From NCBI GenBank assembly GCA_964414145.1, contig CAYPVH010000004.1, forward strand, positions 10,849 through 74,848: 64,000 nucleotides of DNA. Reading direction: 5' to 3'. The notes under the pieces are model-generated. The model made no database searches, was not told the origin of the DNA, and saw only the letters and a list, made by a program, of their open reading frames with translations. Shown piece after piece: positions 26,816 to 37,011 of this stretch; within the stretch, counting starts at the first letter, position 1; the number at the start of each line of letters is the position of its first letter. The translations under genes and the position numbers were made by a program. The DNA is from an uncultured Gammaproteobacteria bacterium (GTDB lineage Bacteria > Patescibacteriota > Microgenomatia > UBA1406).

Positions 26816-29302
26816 TTACAATAATGTTGCGCTGGCAATTCGATCTGTTTTACTTGAAAAACGCATCACAATTACCCCTTGGGCTGTTCTTGATAATTTG
26901 GGTAATTGTTTTAATGGTAGTTTTACCGTTTGACCGCTAGTTGACGTTAAAGCCAATTCGGTATTTTCGTCGGACACAAGAGACGAAAAACAAATTTGCC
27001 CGGTTTTTTCGGTAATTGTTGCCGCCTTAACTCCCATACCACCCCGATTTTGAAGGCGGAAAAGAGAAGCCTTTACCAATTTCCCGTAGCCTTTTTTAGT
27101 AATAATAACGATTTTACTTTCTTTTAAACGGTCTTTTGGTACCAGGCTCATTGAGGTCACAACTTCACCTGACTTTAGCCGGATTCCTCGCACACCTTGT
27201 GCGGTTCTACCCATAGAACGAACATTTTCTTCATCAAAAGTAATGGCCTTTCCCCCTGAGGAAACAATAAAAATAAAGTCGTCTTTGTCTACAATTTCCG
27301 CACCAATCAGTTCGTCGTTACCAGACAGTTTTATAGCAATTAACCCGCTTGAGCGGATATTGATGTAATTTGTAAGATTGGTTTTTTTGACAGTTCCGTG
27401 TTTTGTGGTGAAAAAAACCGACTTGTTCTTTATTTTGCTAATATCGTTTGGGTCGTAGCTAAAGAAGGTGGTTACATTTTCGTTTTGTTCGGTTGAGATT
27501 AAGTTAACAATTGCCTTACCTTTGGCTTGACGTGACGTTTCGGGAACTTCCCAGGCACGCAAGTCGAAAACCCTACCCTTATCGGTGAAGAAGAGTAGGT
27601 TATCGTGAGTTTGGGCGTATTCCATCTTCATTACTGCGTCGCCATCGTTGGTTTTTATTGCAGTAATCCCCTTGCCTCCCCTTTTTTGGGTTTTGAAAGC
27701 TGAGGGTGGAAGTTGTTTAATATAGCCGTTTTCGGTTAAGATAATATATGTTTCTTTGTTTGGAATTAACTGTTCATCTGTAAATTCACCTGGTCTTGTT
27801 TTTATAATCTTTGTTTTTCGTTCGTCACCATATTTTTCTTTGAGTTCTATAAATTCCTTTTTAACAAGGGCAATAATGTTTGTTAATGACGAGAGCAGCT
27901 TTTCTAACCTTTCAATTTCGGCTTTTAGTTCTGTAAGTTCTTTTAATAGCTTATCTTTTTCAAGACCGGTTAAGCGCTTTAGCTGCATATCTAAAATGGC
28001 TTGTGCTTGAAGGTCGGAAAATTTGAAGCGGGCAATAAGGTTGGCTTTTGCTTGTACTTCGGCAGGTGATTTTTTAATTATTTCAATAACCTCGTCTATG
28101 TTATCTATGGCAATTAATAAGCCGTCTAGTATGTGTGCCCTTGCTTTGGCAATTTTTAGATCGTATCTGGATCTTTTGATAACCACCAGTAAACGATGAC
28201 GAGTAAAGTGTTCTAGTGCTGCCTTTAAGGTTAGTGTTATTGGAGTACCTTCAACCAAAGCTACCATATTTACCGGAAATGTTGTTTGCAGTTGTGTTTT
28301 TAGGTATAAATTATTTAAGATTTTTTTAGCTACCGCGTCTCTTTTAAGTTCTACAACTACTCTAATACCTTCTCTATTTGATTCGTCACGAAGGTCTGAA
28401 ATGCCCATAATTTTCTTTTCTTGCGCCAAATTAGCAATTTTTTGCACCAGTGTTGCTTTGTTAACTTGGTAAGGTAACTGAGTAATAACAATCGCCTGCT
28501 TTCCGCTTTTATTGGTTTCAATGTTAGCCACGCCACGCATTAGAATTGAATTCCTACCTGTTGTGTAAGCTTCGGCAATGTCTTTTTCGCTGTAAATAAT
28601 GCCACCGGTGGGAAAATCTGGGCCTTTAATGTGTTCCATGATTTGCTCTAGCGTTGAGCTAAAACTTACCATACCGGCTGCTTCGTCTATTGTTGCTTCT
28701 TTATCATAAGTATGATTATCGGTAAGCATAATTAGCGCGTCTAGTACTTCGGAAATATTGTGAGGCGGTATTTTTGTGGCCATACCAACAGCAATACCTT
28801 CACCCCCATTTATAAGAAGGCTGGGAATTCTGGTTGGCAAGAAAAGCGGCTCTTTTAATGTATTGTCGAAGTTGTCTACAAATTCAACCGTTTCTTTGTC
28901 TATGTCGGTCAATAATTCTTGAGATATTTTTTCTAGTTTTACTTCGGTGTAACGCATGGCAGCTGGCGGGTCGCCGTCTATAGAACCAAAGTTACCCTGG
29001 CCCTTCACAAATCTATACCTCATGGAAAAGTCTTGCGCCATTCTAACCAGGGCTTCGTAAACTGAGCTGTCGCCATGCGGGTGGTATTTACCCAGAACCT
29101 CACCAACAACCTTAGCACTTTTTGAATATCGGGCGTTATACGACAACCCCAATTTATTCATTGTGAATATAATGCGGCGATGTACCGGTTTTAAGCCGTC
29201 ACGAACATCTGGGAGTGCCCTCATTACAATCACAGACATAGCATAATCAAGGTAAGACTGCTTCATCTGTTGTGTTATGCTTGTCTGGACTATTTGATTC
29301 AT
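26816..29302 (-). CDS. gyrA: DNA gyrase subunit A
   Basis: [17 protein letters not shown] (catalytic Tyr region), and C-terminal beta-pinwheel repeats. Confidence 0.97.
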   Translation of the reverse strand: MNQIVQTSITQQMKQSYLDYAMSVIVMRALPDVRDGLKPVHRRIIFTMNKLGLSYNARYSKSAKVVGEVLGKYHPHGDSSVYEALVRMAQDFSMRYRFVKGQGNFGSIDGDPPAAMRYTEVKLEKISQELLTDIDKETVEFVDNFDNTLKEPLFLPTRIPSLLINGGEGIAVGMATKIPPHNISEVLDALIMLTDNHTYDKEATIDEAAGMVSFSSTLEQIMEHIKGPDFPTGGIIYSEKDIAEAYTTGRNSILMRGVANIETNKSGKQAIVITQLPYQVNKATLVQKIANLAQEKKIMGISDLRDESNREGIRVVVELKRDAVAKKILNNLYLKTQLQTTFPVNMVALVEGTPITLTLKAALEHFTRHRLLVVIKRSRYDLKIAKARAHILDGLLIAIDNIDEVIEIIKKSPAEVQAKANLIARFKFSDLQAQAILDMQLKRLTGLEKDKLLKELTELKAEIERLEKLLSSLTNIIALVKKEFIELKEKYGDERKTKIIKTRPGEFTDEQLIPNKETYIILTENGYIKQLPPSAFKTQKRGGKGITAIKTNDGDAVMKMEYAQTHDNLLFFTDKGRVFDLRAWEVPETSRQAKGKAIVNLISTEQNENVTTFFSYDPNDISKIKNKSVFFTTKHGTVKKTNLTNYINIRSSGLIAIKLSGNDELIGAEIVDKDDFIFIVSSGGKAITFDEENVRSMGRTAQGVRGIRLKSGEVVTSMSLVPKDRLKESKIVIITKKGYGKLVKASLFRLQNRGGMGVKAATITEKTGQICFSSLVSDENTELALTSTSGQTVKLPLKQLPKLSRTAQGVIVMRFSSKTDRIASATLL

Positions 29303-29829
29303 TATTTTGAAAGACTCTTTTTAACTGCGGCTATTGCGGCATCTTTACCCAAAAATTTATCTGTTTTTACCCATTTGTTTGGTTCTAGTTCTTTATAGTG
29401 ATCAAAGAAGTGCTTAATTTTTTCTTTGACGGCTGCTGGCACATCTGATATGTCGTTATATTTTCCGTAAAGCGGGTCTATTTTCAATACCGGAACGGCA
29501 ATAATTTTTGTGTCCACACCAGCCTCGTCTTTCATCTGCAGCATACCGATCACTTTACATTTAACAACAACACCAGGGATGACCGATTCGGAAGAAAGAA
29601 TCATAACATCTGTGGGATCGTTATCTTCGCTTAGAGAGTTTGGAATAAAACCGTAATTAAAAGGAAACTTCATGGCAGTATATAAAAACCTGTCTGCCAT
29701 TAGAAAGCCGGTTTTTTCGTCTATTTCGTACTTTACATAGCTATCTTTGGAAATTTCTACATAAACCAGCGCTTCGGGAAGTTTGCTTGGACTTGTTTTT
29801 AGTTTCGAAAAATTTAACATATTAAACAA
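29302..29829 (-). CDS. ppa: inorganic pyrophosphatase (family I)
   Basis: [38 protein letters not shown], and KIIAVP. Its stop TAA overlaps the gyrA ATG by 1 nt (TAATG). Confidence 0.85.
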   Translation of the reverse strand: MFNMLNFSKLKTSPSKLPEALVYVEISKDSYVKYEIDEKTGFLMADRFLYTAMKFPFNYGFIPNSLSEDNDPTDVMILSSESVIPGVVVKCKVIGMLQMKDEAGVDTKIIAVPVLKIDPLYGKYNDISDVPAAVKEKIKHFFDHYKELEPNKWVKTDKFLGKDAAIAAVKKSLSK

Positions 29830-29869
29830 TTAAACTAATAATAATACTTAACTTTACCCTTAATTTTTG

Positions 29870-31771
29870 TTAGATATCCAAATTAGCGCTCTTTGCGTGC
29901 GTTTGGATAAACTTTTTACGAGGAGGAACCTTTTCCCCCATTAGCATACTGAAAACCTTGTCGGCTTCTTCTGCGTCTTCTATATTAATTTGTTTTAAAA
30001 TTCGGTTGTCGGGATTCATGGTTGTTTCCCAAAGCTGTTCGGGGTTCATTTCACCCAAACCTTTATATCTTTGCAAATTATAGTTACCGTTAAAATTTTC
30101 GGCTATGATTTTTTTCATTTCTGAATCGTTATAGGCGTAAAAGATTTTTTTACCTGCATAAAGTTTGTAAAGCGGTGGTTGGGCAACATACATGTGCCCG
30201 TTTTCGATTAATTGAGGTAAGTGACGAAAGAAAAAAGTTAGGATTAATGTCATGATATGTTCGCCGTCTACGTCTGCGTCTGTCATAATTACAATTTTGT
30301 GGTATCTGAGTTTTTTGTAATCAAAAAGATCTGAAATACCAGTGCCTAGTGCAATTACCAAGTCGCGTAGTTCACGAAAGGCCATAATTTTGTCTAGGTA
30401 TGATTTTTCGGAATTAAGTACTTTACCCCTAAGTGGTAAAATAGCCTGAATTTTACGATCTCTACCTTGCTTGGCCGAACCACCTGCAGAGTCGCCTTCT
30501 ACAATGAATAGTTCTGATTTTGCCGGATCCTTTTCCCTACAGTCTGCCAGTTTTCCAGGGAGTGCGGCGCCTTCGAGCGCACTTTTACGAATTACCGAAT
30601 CGCGTGCGGCTTTTGCGGCTAGCCTGGCTTGCTGGGTAACCAACACCTTTTGCATTATACTTTGTGCGTTTGCCGGGTGTTCTTCAAAATACCTTTGTAA
30701 ATGGTTTTTGACGATTGTGTATACCGCCGATTGAACTTCGGCGTTGCCTAACTTGGTTTTTGTTTGGCCTTCAAATTGTAGGTTTGTTGAGGGCATTTTA
30801 ATGTAAACTATGGCGGTTAAGCCATCTTTGGCGTCGTCGCCTGATATATTACCTTTTTTTAAAATGTTTTCTTTATTGCCATAGTCATTGATTATTTTTG
30901 TTAAAGCACTTTTGAAGCCAGTTTCGTGAGTACCGCCTTCTTTAGTATTGATTACATTTACATAAGACATTATGTTGTCTTTTATATAATCGGTGTATTG
31001 AACGGCGATTTCTACTTCTACATCTTCTTTGTGGTCTTTAAAATAAATAACCGGGTGCAAAACTTCTTTGCTTGTATTCAATTCTTCCACAAGTGAAGTA
31101 ATACCGCCTTCGAAGAAGTAACCGCTTTTGGCGCCGGTTCGGTTGTCGAAAACTTTAAACAAAACGCCTGGTGTTAAATAGGCCCTTTCTTTAACTTGTT
31201 TTAAAACTTTTTTAATTTCGAGTTCTGTGTTTTCTTTAAAAATTTCGGTATCGGGTATAAAGGTTATGGCAGTACCACTTTCGCTTTCTAAACCCAATGT
31301 AGATTTGCTTATTATTTTTACTTCTGTGATGGGTTTTCCTTTACTGTATTCTTGCGAGTAGACTTTTCCGTCTCTTTTAACTTCAACAACTAAATGACTG
31401 GAAAGAGCGTTAACAACACTACTGCCAACACCATGCAAACCACCCGAAACTTTATAGGCTTTGGCGTCGAATTTTGCCCCGGCATGAAGTTTGGTTAGTA
31501 TTATTTCGAGAGCACTTTTATTGTACTGGGGCATTATGTCTACGGGAATACCTCTACCGTCATCGATGACCGTAAGGTAACCGTTATCCATAATTTTTAT
31601 GACTATGCTGGTGGCATAACCGGCAAGAGCTTCGTCTATGGAGTTGTCTATGATTTCGTTAAGACAGTGATGCACCCCGTCTAGCGACGTGGTACCTATA
31701 TACATGGCTGGCCTTTTACGAACGGGTTCTAGCCCTTCCAGAACAACAACAGATTTTGCGTCATAAGCCAT
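29870..31771 (-). CDS. gyrB: DNA gyrase subunit B
   Basis: LEGLEPVRKRPAMYIG, GGLHGVGSSVVNALS, EGDSAGGSAKQGRDR, and PLRGKVLN. Confidence 0.97.
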   Translation of the reverse strand: MAYDAKSVVVLEGLEPVRKRPAMYIGTTSLDGVHHCLNEIIDNSIDEALAGYATSIVIKIMDNGYLTVIDDGRGIPVDIMPQYNKSALEIILTKLHAGAKFDAKAYKVSGGLHGVGSSVVNALSSHLVVEVKRDGKVYSQEYSKGKPITEVKIISKSTLGLESESGTAITFIPDTEIFKENTELEIKKVLKQVKERAYLTPGVLFKVFDNRTGAKSGYFFEGGITSLVEELNTSKEVLHPVIYFKDHKEDVEVEIAVQYTDYIKDNIMSYVNVINTKEGGTHETGFKSALTKIINDYGNKENILKKGNISGDDAKDGLTAIVYIKMPSTNLQFEGQTKTKLGNAEVQSAVYTIVKNHLQRYFEEHPANAQSIMQKVLVTQQARLAAKAARDSVIRKSALEGAALPGKLADCREKDPAKSELFIVEGDSAGGSAKQGRDRKIQAILPLRGKVLNSEKSYLDKIMAFRELRDLVIALGTGISDLFDYKKLRYHKIVIMTDADVDGEHIMTLILTFFFRHLPQLIENGHMYVAQPPLYKLYAGKKIFYAYNDSEMKKIIAENFNGNYNLQRYKGLGEMNPEQLWETTMNPDNRILKQINIEDAEEADKVFSMLMGEKVPPRKKFIQTHAKSANLDI

Positions 31772-31883
31772 AGACTAATCATTATATCAGAGAAAAATAG
31801 CTTCTACAACTGATATGTGTTAAGGCTGGGGCTTTAGCACAATACGTGTAGTATATGCTATGGGTTTGTTAATTATAGTAACT

Positions 31884-32900
31884 TTATTGTCTAACAATAA
31901 TTTTCTGGTTTCCTGTAGCTGGATCTGCTACTACTTTTACCACTCTAGTCGTTTCATTACCTTCATAATACTCTATTACTTTATCTTGCCTTACTACATT
32001 TTTATCACGATCTTCTTGTATGACTTGTCTAACATATTTTCTTGGTATGCCATCTGGTTCATATGAATAATATTCAACTATAATGAAAGTCGTACCTGCA
32101 ATATGATCTATTTCGACGGTTTTCTTTGTCGATGAAGTTACTCTTTTATCGTCATCGATTGTATAACTAGTTTGTGAGTCAAACTTACGGGTTGTTTTTT
32201 GTGTTTCTGGATCGATATGTTCTTCGTTTTCTGCAACTATGTACCCGTTTTCATCGTAATATGAGTCTGATAAATAAGTTGCTACACTAGTAGCTTGATC
32301 GTATTCTCTATAACTTTGTTGTTGTACATTACCTGTTTGCGGGTTTGTTCTACGTTCACGACGTGTCGTCCAACTTTTACTACCATATTGTTTTGATTTT
32401 TCTACCAAATTTACTAATTTGCCAGCTTCATAATAAGATGTAGTATGTATTTCTTTAGCAACTTCTACATCACTTTCTGCTCTTACTAGCTTTTTAGTAA
32501 ACATGTGACTTTTTCTTCTAGTTTCTAGATCGTAGTCTGTTACGGTATGTAGTTTTAATTCGTTTGTGTCTGGGTAATATTCTTCTTCGATTGTTCTTAA
32601 TGGACTTTGTCTGTTTCTTTCATCACCTTGTGGTGTAGTATAAGTTGCACTTCCAAAGTATGTTATTAACTTTCTAGTTAATTTTTTTGGACCAATTGGT
32701 TGTTTAGTGTGTTCTACAACTATTTTAGTAATTGGTCTTCCAGCAATATCGCGTTCGAATATAGTTGTTCTAGTGTCTCCATTATCATCAACTCTTACAA
32801 CTTCTTTAGGTCTTAGTTTTCCTTGAGGATCTTCAATTCTTTTTATATTATATTCAACAATATAAAATAATATTATATATGTAAACCTATAGTATGTCAA
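31884..32900 (-). CDS. orphan beta-rich repeat protein with YD-like hairpin motifs; start codon unresolved
   Basis: Recurrent Y-Y-x-x-x-G/D units (EEYYPDTNEL, SYYEAGKL, SYYDENGYIV, YYSYEPDGIPRK, EYYEGNETT). No signal peptide. The listed TTG start is itself the -35 box of a perfect promoter-like sequence. Confidence 0.45.
   Translation of the reverse strand: MTYYRFTYIILFYIVEYNIKRIEDPQGKLRPKEVVRVDDNGDTRTTIFERDIAGRPITKIVVEHTKQPIGPKKLTRKLITYFGSATYTTPQGDERNRQSPLRTIEEEYYPDTNELKLHTVTDYDLETRRKSHMFTKKLVRAESDVEVAKEIHTTSYYEAGKLVNLVEKSKQYGSKSWTTRRERRTNPQTGNVQQQSYREYDQATSVATYLSDSYYDENGYIVAENEEHIDPETQKTTRKFDSQTSYTIDDDKRVTSSTKKTVEIDHIAGTTFIIVEYYSYEPDGIPRKYVRQVIQEDRDKNVVRQDKVIEYYEGNETTRVVKVVADPATGNQKIIVRQ
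32872..32900 (-). promoter_or_regulatory. consensus sigma70-like promoter TTGACA-17 nt-TATAAT (minus strand)
   Basis: TTGACA at 32900..32895, a 17-nt spacer, and TATAAT at 32877..32872. Confidence 0.45.
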
Positions 32901-33017
32901 GTATGTATTCTATTAGTAAAATACAGAATGTTGAATTAATTGAATATATTAATATAGGCTTTTTATATTTATGGAATAAAGATTGATCGGTTGATAAAAT
33001 AGTATAATAACTAGATT

Positions 33018-33092
33018 GCCGAGGTAGCTCAGGGGTAGAGCAACTGTTTTGTAAACAGTAGGTCCGGGGTTCAAATCCCCGCCTCGGCTCCA
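33018..33092 (+). tRNA. tRNA-Thr (anticodon UGU), CCA encoded
   Basis: Cloverleaf read by hand: GCCGAGG/CCTCGGC acceptor, GCTC/GAGC D stem, ACTGT-TTTGTAA-ACAGT anticodon arm, and CGGGG-TTCAAAT-CCCCG T arm. Confidence 0.9.
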
Positions 33093-33099
33093 AGGTAAA

Positions 33100-33450
33100 T
33101 TGTTAAAATCAATATTTATTAGACAGTATCCAATAGACACTAGACAGTATCCAATAGACACTAGACATTATTCAAAATACATTATTCATTAAGCTATATA
33201 TAATATTAATAGGACAACATTCTTCACAATAGAAACAAAACAGAATCTAGATCAAAAAAGTATTTTGAATATTAATTATTAACATTTACTATTTTGTTTT
33301 TGTGACTTTTCTGCTTTACTTTACTATGTATTTAAGCCATTGGATATTGGATAATGAATGATAGATAATAATTGCTACTGTATCTTGTCCACTGAATTCT
33401 GTCTTTTTTAATACTGGATATTGTATAATGAATAATAGCTATTGATTATT
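33100..33450. repeat. noncoding repeat tract D (family 2, inverted relative to tract C)
   Basis: The 21-mer tagacagtatccaatagacac x2 (33120-33161) is the reverse complement of the tgtctattg(a/g)a.. units of tract C. Also ctggatattg/ggataatgaat words at 33340-33440. Confidence 0.8.
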
Positions 33451-33452
33451 AA

Positions 33453-34643
33453 TTACTTTTCCAAATAATACTTTTTATTTTTTAACTTTTCGGGAAGGAG
33501 GCTTTTGGACTTTTCCGGGTACATTTCGTAACCTTTACCGTAACCGATTTGTTTCATATATTTGGTTGGGGCGTTTCTTAGTTCTAGAGGTATTGGTAGG
33601 TTGCCCAAAGTTTTTACATCATTTAACGCCATAAAATAGGCGTTGTAGGCATTGCGATTCTTTTTAGCCAGCGCCAAATATACCGTGCCATGAGCCAGGT
33701 TGATTTGGCATTCGGGATAACCAATAGTTTCGCAAGCACGGAATACTTCGTTGGCAACCACAAGCGCGGTTGGTTGGCCCATACCCACGTCTTCACTGGC
33801 AAAAATTACCATTCGCCGTGCTATAAAAAGAGGGTCTTCGCCGGCTTCTACCATTCTGGCCAAGTAGTGGATGGCGGCGTTAACATTACTGGCACGCATA
33901 CTTTTAATGTAAGCCGAAATGGTGTTATAGTGTTCTTCACCTGCCTTGTCGTATAACCTACTGCTTTTATTTTGAAAAATTTCGAGAATAGTTTTTGGTG
34001 TGATTTGTTTTTCTTTGTACCCCGTTACCGCAAGTTCGAGTGCGTTCAGTGCTACTCGCGCGTCACCACCTGAGAGCTCTACAAGTAAGCCTTCTGCCTC
34101 TTTATTTAGTTTTTTGTTATGCTTCCCAAGGCCATTTATTTTATCTGTTAACGCTTGATTTATTAGTTCTACAAGATTTTCGTTTGTTAGTGGCTTCAGC
34201 AAAAACACTTTTGAGCGGGAAAGAAGGGGTGATATAACCTCGAAAGATGGGTTTTCGGTTGTTGCGCCAATTAAAGTAATAATATTAGATTCTACATAAG
34301 GCAAGAGCACATCTTGTTGGGCTTTGTTCCAACGATGAATTTCGTCTATAAAAATTAACGTTTTTTTACCATTTTTTGTTCTTTCCTTGGCCAAGGTGAT
34401 AATTTCCATTAAGTCTTTTTTACCGCTGGCTACCCCGGAAAGGGCGTGAAATTGAGCATTGGTAGATTTGGCAATAATATAGGCAAGAGTGGTTTTACCT
34501 ACCCCGGGCGGACCCCAGAAAATCATAGAGAAAAGATTCTTATTGGAAATTGCGTTATAGATTATTTTGTTTTTGGCAACCAGATGTTCTTGACCAATGA
34601 ATTGTGAAAGTTTTTGTGGGCGCATTCTAAACGCAAGGGACAT
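33453..34643 (-). CDS. rarA: replication-associated recombination protein A (AAA+ ATPase)
   Basis: FWGPPGVGKTTLA, FIDEIHRWNKAQQD, and GDARVALN. The C-terminal MgsA domain carries HYNTISAYIKSMRASNVNAA. Confidence 0.9.
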   Translation of the reverse strand: MSLAFRMRPQKLSQFIGQEHLVAKNKIIYNAISNKNLFSMIFWGPPGVGKTTLAYIIAKSTNAQFHALSGVASGKKDLMEIITLAKERTKNGKKTLIFIDEIHRWNKAQQDVLLPYVESNIITLIGATTENPSFEVISPLLSRSKVFLLKPLTNENLVELINQALTDKINGLGKHNKKLNKEAEGLLVELSGGDARVALNALELAVTGYKEKQITPKTILEIFQNKSSRLYDKAGEEHYNTISAYIKSMRASNVNAAIHYLARMVEAGEDPLFIARRMVIFASEDVGMGQPTALVVANEVFRACETIGYPECQINLAHGTVYLALAKKNRNAYNAYFMALNDVKTLGNLPIPLELRNAPTKYMKQIGYGKGYEMYPEKSKSLLPEKLKNKKYYLEK

Positions 34644-34670
34644 ATTGAGGCATATTTTACCAAAGTTTGT

Positions 34671-36080
34671 TTATTTTTTATTAATTTCGATGCTATAGGC
34701 AGAATTAGGAGGCATTAGTAAAGTTTTTTGGATTACGCCCCTTGGCGCTTGAACTTCTTCGGTTACAACTTGCCCATTCAAACTGGTTGTTGTTACTGTA
34801 TAGTTACCCGGAACTAGGTTTGTAATTGCAAACGGTACGGATTCTGTATTTTTATTTTCAAGGTCGTAATTTACCAAAACTACCGCGTATTTGTTTTTGG
34901 TAAAAGAAGCAATTCCTTTTACAAAAGAACCTTCACCCTGTACGTAAAGCTGGTGGCGATATAGCACGTTTAAAAGTTTGAGAGCATTATACCTAGGCTT
35001 AGCTTCGCCACTATTGGTAAATATACCCCAGCGCGGTTCTGGACCGTCTTTAATATCGAAGGCAAAGGCCATTTCTACTTTTTCTTCAATTAAGTACCTA
35101 ATAGTTGCAAGAGTGTGGGCGGCACCAACATTGGTTTCGCTAATTGGATTTGGATTAGAATCAAAGCCCCATTCCGAAATAATTAAAGGTAAATTTTTGT
35201 ATTTTTGGTAAGGTGATCGGCTTAACCAACTATGAACACTATTTACATCGTTTTTATAGTCGTCTGTTCTTTGTGAGTAATGATGCCATGATATAAAATC
35301 TATTCTGAGATTGTTAGCTTCAATATAATCCAGCAAGCGAAGAAACCAATTTTGATAGGCTTTGGTAGTTACCGGCCCACCAAGATAGAAATGATAAACA
35401 TTAGCTGCTTCTTGTGCGCCTTTTGAAGAATAGTAATACATAGCTTTATAATCTTTTTCACCGCCATATAAACTCCATTTACCAAAACTTTCAAGATCCG
35501 GTTCGTTCCAAACTTCGTAGTAGATATTGTTCATCCACTCGCCATATACACCGCCGCAAAGCCTGGTATTTTTTCCGCTATAATGTTCGACTGTGCTTTT
35601 AACCAGTTGCTGCCATTCTTGCCAGTCTTTTGGTTGTGAAATTAAAGAGCCGTCTAGTGATATTTCGGGTGGCATATAACCGAGTGAAAAGAAAGGCTTG
35701 GCACCAATGTGGTAAATATCGCAAACAGTTTTATCTAGTTGTGTCCAGTCAAATTCTAGGTGGCCGGCATTGTTTCTTTTGACTACGTTGTAGAAGTCGT
35801 AAATATGATCTAACCTAATGTAGCGAGGTTGGAGTGCAGAAGTTTGGTAAACTACATTCTCAAGCATTCTAACCCCCTGCTCTTCCCCACCCTGGGCCAG
35901 AGCTTTCCAGTTATGACTAAGTGGGCCAGTATATTTTTTTACGTCTATTAAGATGTTTGCTTTTCGGTATGTGGCGCGAGATAAAAATTTAAAACTGGTA
36001 TTTTTACCGATGTATAGAATAAGTACTAAGGTAATTGCAAGGAATATAAATATAAGAGTATTTTTAATTCTTATAAACAT
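34671..36080 (-). CDS. membrane-anchored TIM-barrel glycoside hydrolase (GH39/GH5-like)
   Basis: N-terminal TM helix, YYEVWNEPD (acid/base Glu context), and ISEWGFD (nucleophile Glu context). Confidence 0.5.
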   Translation of the reverse strand: MFIRIKNTLIFIFLAITLVLILYIGKNTSFKFLSRATYRKANILIDVKKYTGPLSHNWKALAQGGEEQGVRMLENVVYQTSALQPRYIRLDHIYDFYNVVKRNNAGHLEFDWTQLDKTVCDIYHIGAKPFFSLGYMPPEISLDGSLISQPKDWQEWQQLVKSTVEHYSGKNTRLCGGVYGEWMNNIYYEVWNEPDLESFGKWSLYGGEKDYKAMYYYSSKGAQEAANVYHFYLGGPVTTKAYQNWFLRLLDYIEANNLRIDFISWHHYSQRTDDYKNDVNSVHSWLSRSPYQKYKNLPLIISEWGFDSNPNPISETNVGAAHTLATIRYLIEEKVEMAFAFDIKDGPEPRWGIFTNSGEAKPRYNALKLLNVLYRHQLYVQGEGSFVKGIASFTKNKYAVVLVNYDLENKNTESVPFAITNLVPGNYTVTTTSLNGQVVTEEVQAPRGVIQKTLLMPPNSAYSIEINKK

Positions 36081-36143
36081 ATTAAATCATTATATCTGAA
36101 TTTTTGTTTTTGATTTGTTTATATTATAATAAGGTACTGTTTC

Positions 36144-36162
36144 TAAATTAATTGCCAGAGTG
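36144..36162 (+). repeat. duplicated 5' flank plus first 9 nt of tRNA-Leu
   Basis: taaattaattgccagagtg at 36144-36162 versus ttaaataattgccagagtg at 36298-36316. Confidence 0.8.
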
Positions 36163-36307
36163 TTCGAGGATCAAGAACTGTATACTTGCAGTTCGCAGTC
36201 CTGTACTGTGCTTGTCACTAGTACAGGATGAGTAGCAGAAATGGATAAGTTTTTTACGGGAGCATACGCTGAGACTGATATAATTGAAAGCAGTGCTTTA
36301 AATAATT

Positions 36308-36395
36308 GCCAGAGTGGCGGAATTGGCATACGCGCAGGACTTAAAATCCTGTGGCCCTTTGGGTCGTATGGGTTCGAGTCCCATCTCTGGCACCA
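36308..36395 (+). tRNA. tRNA-Leu (anticodon UAA), class II, CCA encoded
   Basis: GCCAGAG/CTCTGGC acceptor, CAGGA-CTTAAAA-TCCTG anticodon arm, a long variable arm, and ATGGG-TTCGAGT-CCCAT T arm. Confidence 0.9.
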
Positions 36396-36611
36396 GCCTT
36401 CGCTTAAGCTTCGGCCGGCAAGGCACGTTTATAGGTGGGATTAATTGAGTCTCGCCCCTCATAGTCCGTAGGACGACGTGGGGTCCCATCTCTGGCACCA
36501 GCCTTCGCTTAAGCTTCGGCCGGCAAGGCACGTTTATAGGTGGGATTAATTGAGTCTCGCCCCTCAAAGTCCACCGGTTGGCGGATGACGTGGGGTCCCA
36601 TCTCTGGCACA
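36396..36611 (+). repeat. two tandem ~105/110-nt units, each ending in a copy of the tRNA-Leu 3' end
   Basis: Unit 1 is 36396-36500 and unit 2 is 36501-36610. Their first 66 nt are identical. gtcccatctctggcacca occurs at 36378-36395 and 36483-36500, and its first 16 nt recur at 36595-36610. Confidence 0.9.
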
Positions 36612-36669
36612 TTATAAAGAGTTTGCAAGTATTCTTGCAATTACTCTTTGTTATGTCCGTTTTTTCATT

Positions 36670-36740
36670 CGGGATGTAGCTCAGATGGCTAGGCGGTCCG
36701 ACGTTATGTCGGACAGGTCGCTTTGCTTTCCCTTTTTTTC
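36670..36740 (+). pseudogene. tRNA-Pro-like 5' fragment / degenerate tRNA paralogue
   Basis: 26 nt identical to the tRNA-Pro 5' region including 3 nt of flank (36667-36692 = 36796-36821). A 7-bp hairpin follows (GTCCGAC-gttat-GTCGGAC), then AGGTCGC as in the variable/T-stem junction. There is no T arm, and a T-run lies at 36733-36739. Confidence 0.6.
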
Positions 36741-36798
36741 GATTGCTTGTTTATATTGTTCCTATGGAGTAATTAGTTTATAATTGGAATTACATATT

Positions 36799-36875
36799 CG
36801 GGATGTAGCTCAGATGGCTAGAGCGCACGCTTTGGGAGCGTGAGGTCGCGAGTTCAAGTCTCGCCATCCCGACCA
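36799..36875 (+). tRNA. tRNA-Pro (anticodon UGG), CCA encoded
   Basis: CGGGATG/CATCCCG acceptor, CACGC-TTTGGGA-GCGTG anticodon arm, and GCGAG-TTCAAGT-CTCGC T arm. Confidence 0.9.
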
Positions 36876-36992
36876 GTTCCAATCGCACAGTTTTCTAGAT
36901 AGATAGGATCCGTGCGAGTTCCCCGATACGCTTCGCTTTATCGGGACTAACTCAGAATAAACCTCACTTCGTATCGGTAACTCTGAGTTGAG

Positions 36993-37011
36993 CAAGTCTC
37001 GCCATCCCGAC
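36993..37011 (+). repeat. duplicated tRNA-Pro 3' end fragment
   Basis: caagtctcgccatcccgac at 36855-36873 (inside the tRNA) recurs at 36993-37011. Confidence 0.85.

Noticed and set aside
36308-36395. Group I intron in tRNA-Leu(UAA), as in cyanobacteria and plastids
   Set aside because: The anticodon loop CTTAAAA is uninterrupted and the cloverleaf is complete. The nearby extra sequence lies outside the gene.
36298-36612. 104-aa minus-strand ORF with an internally repeated peptide (MRGETQLIPPINVPCRPKLKRRLVPEMG x2)
   Set aside because: It is simply the translation of tRNA-Leu and the two tandem 105/110-nt units. The same holds for ORF 36810..37028 (tRNA-Pro region) and for 32887..33093 and 32949..33161 (tRNA-Thr region).
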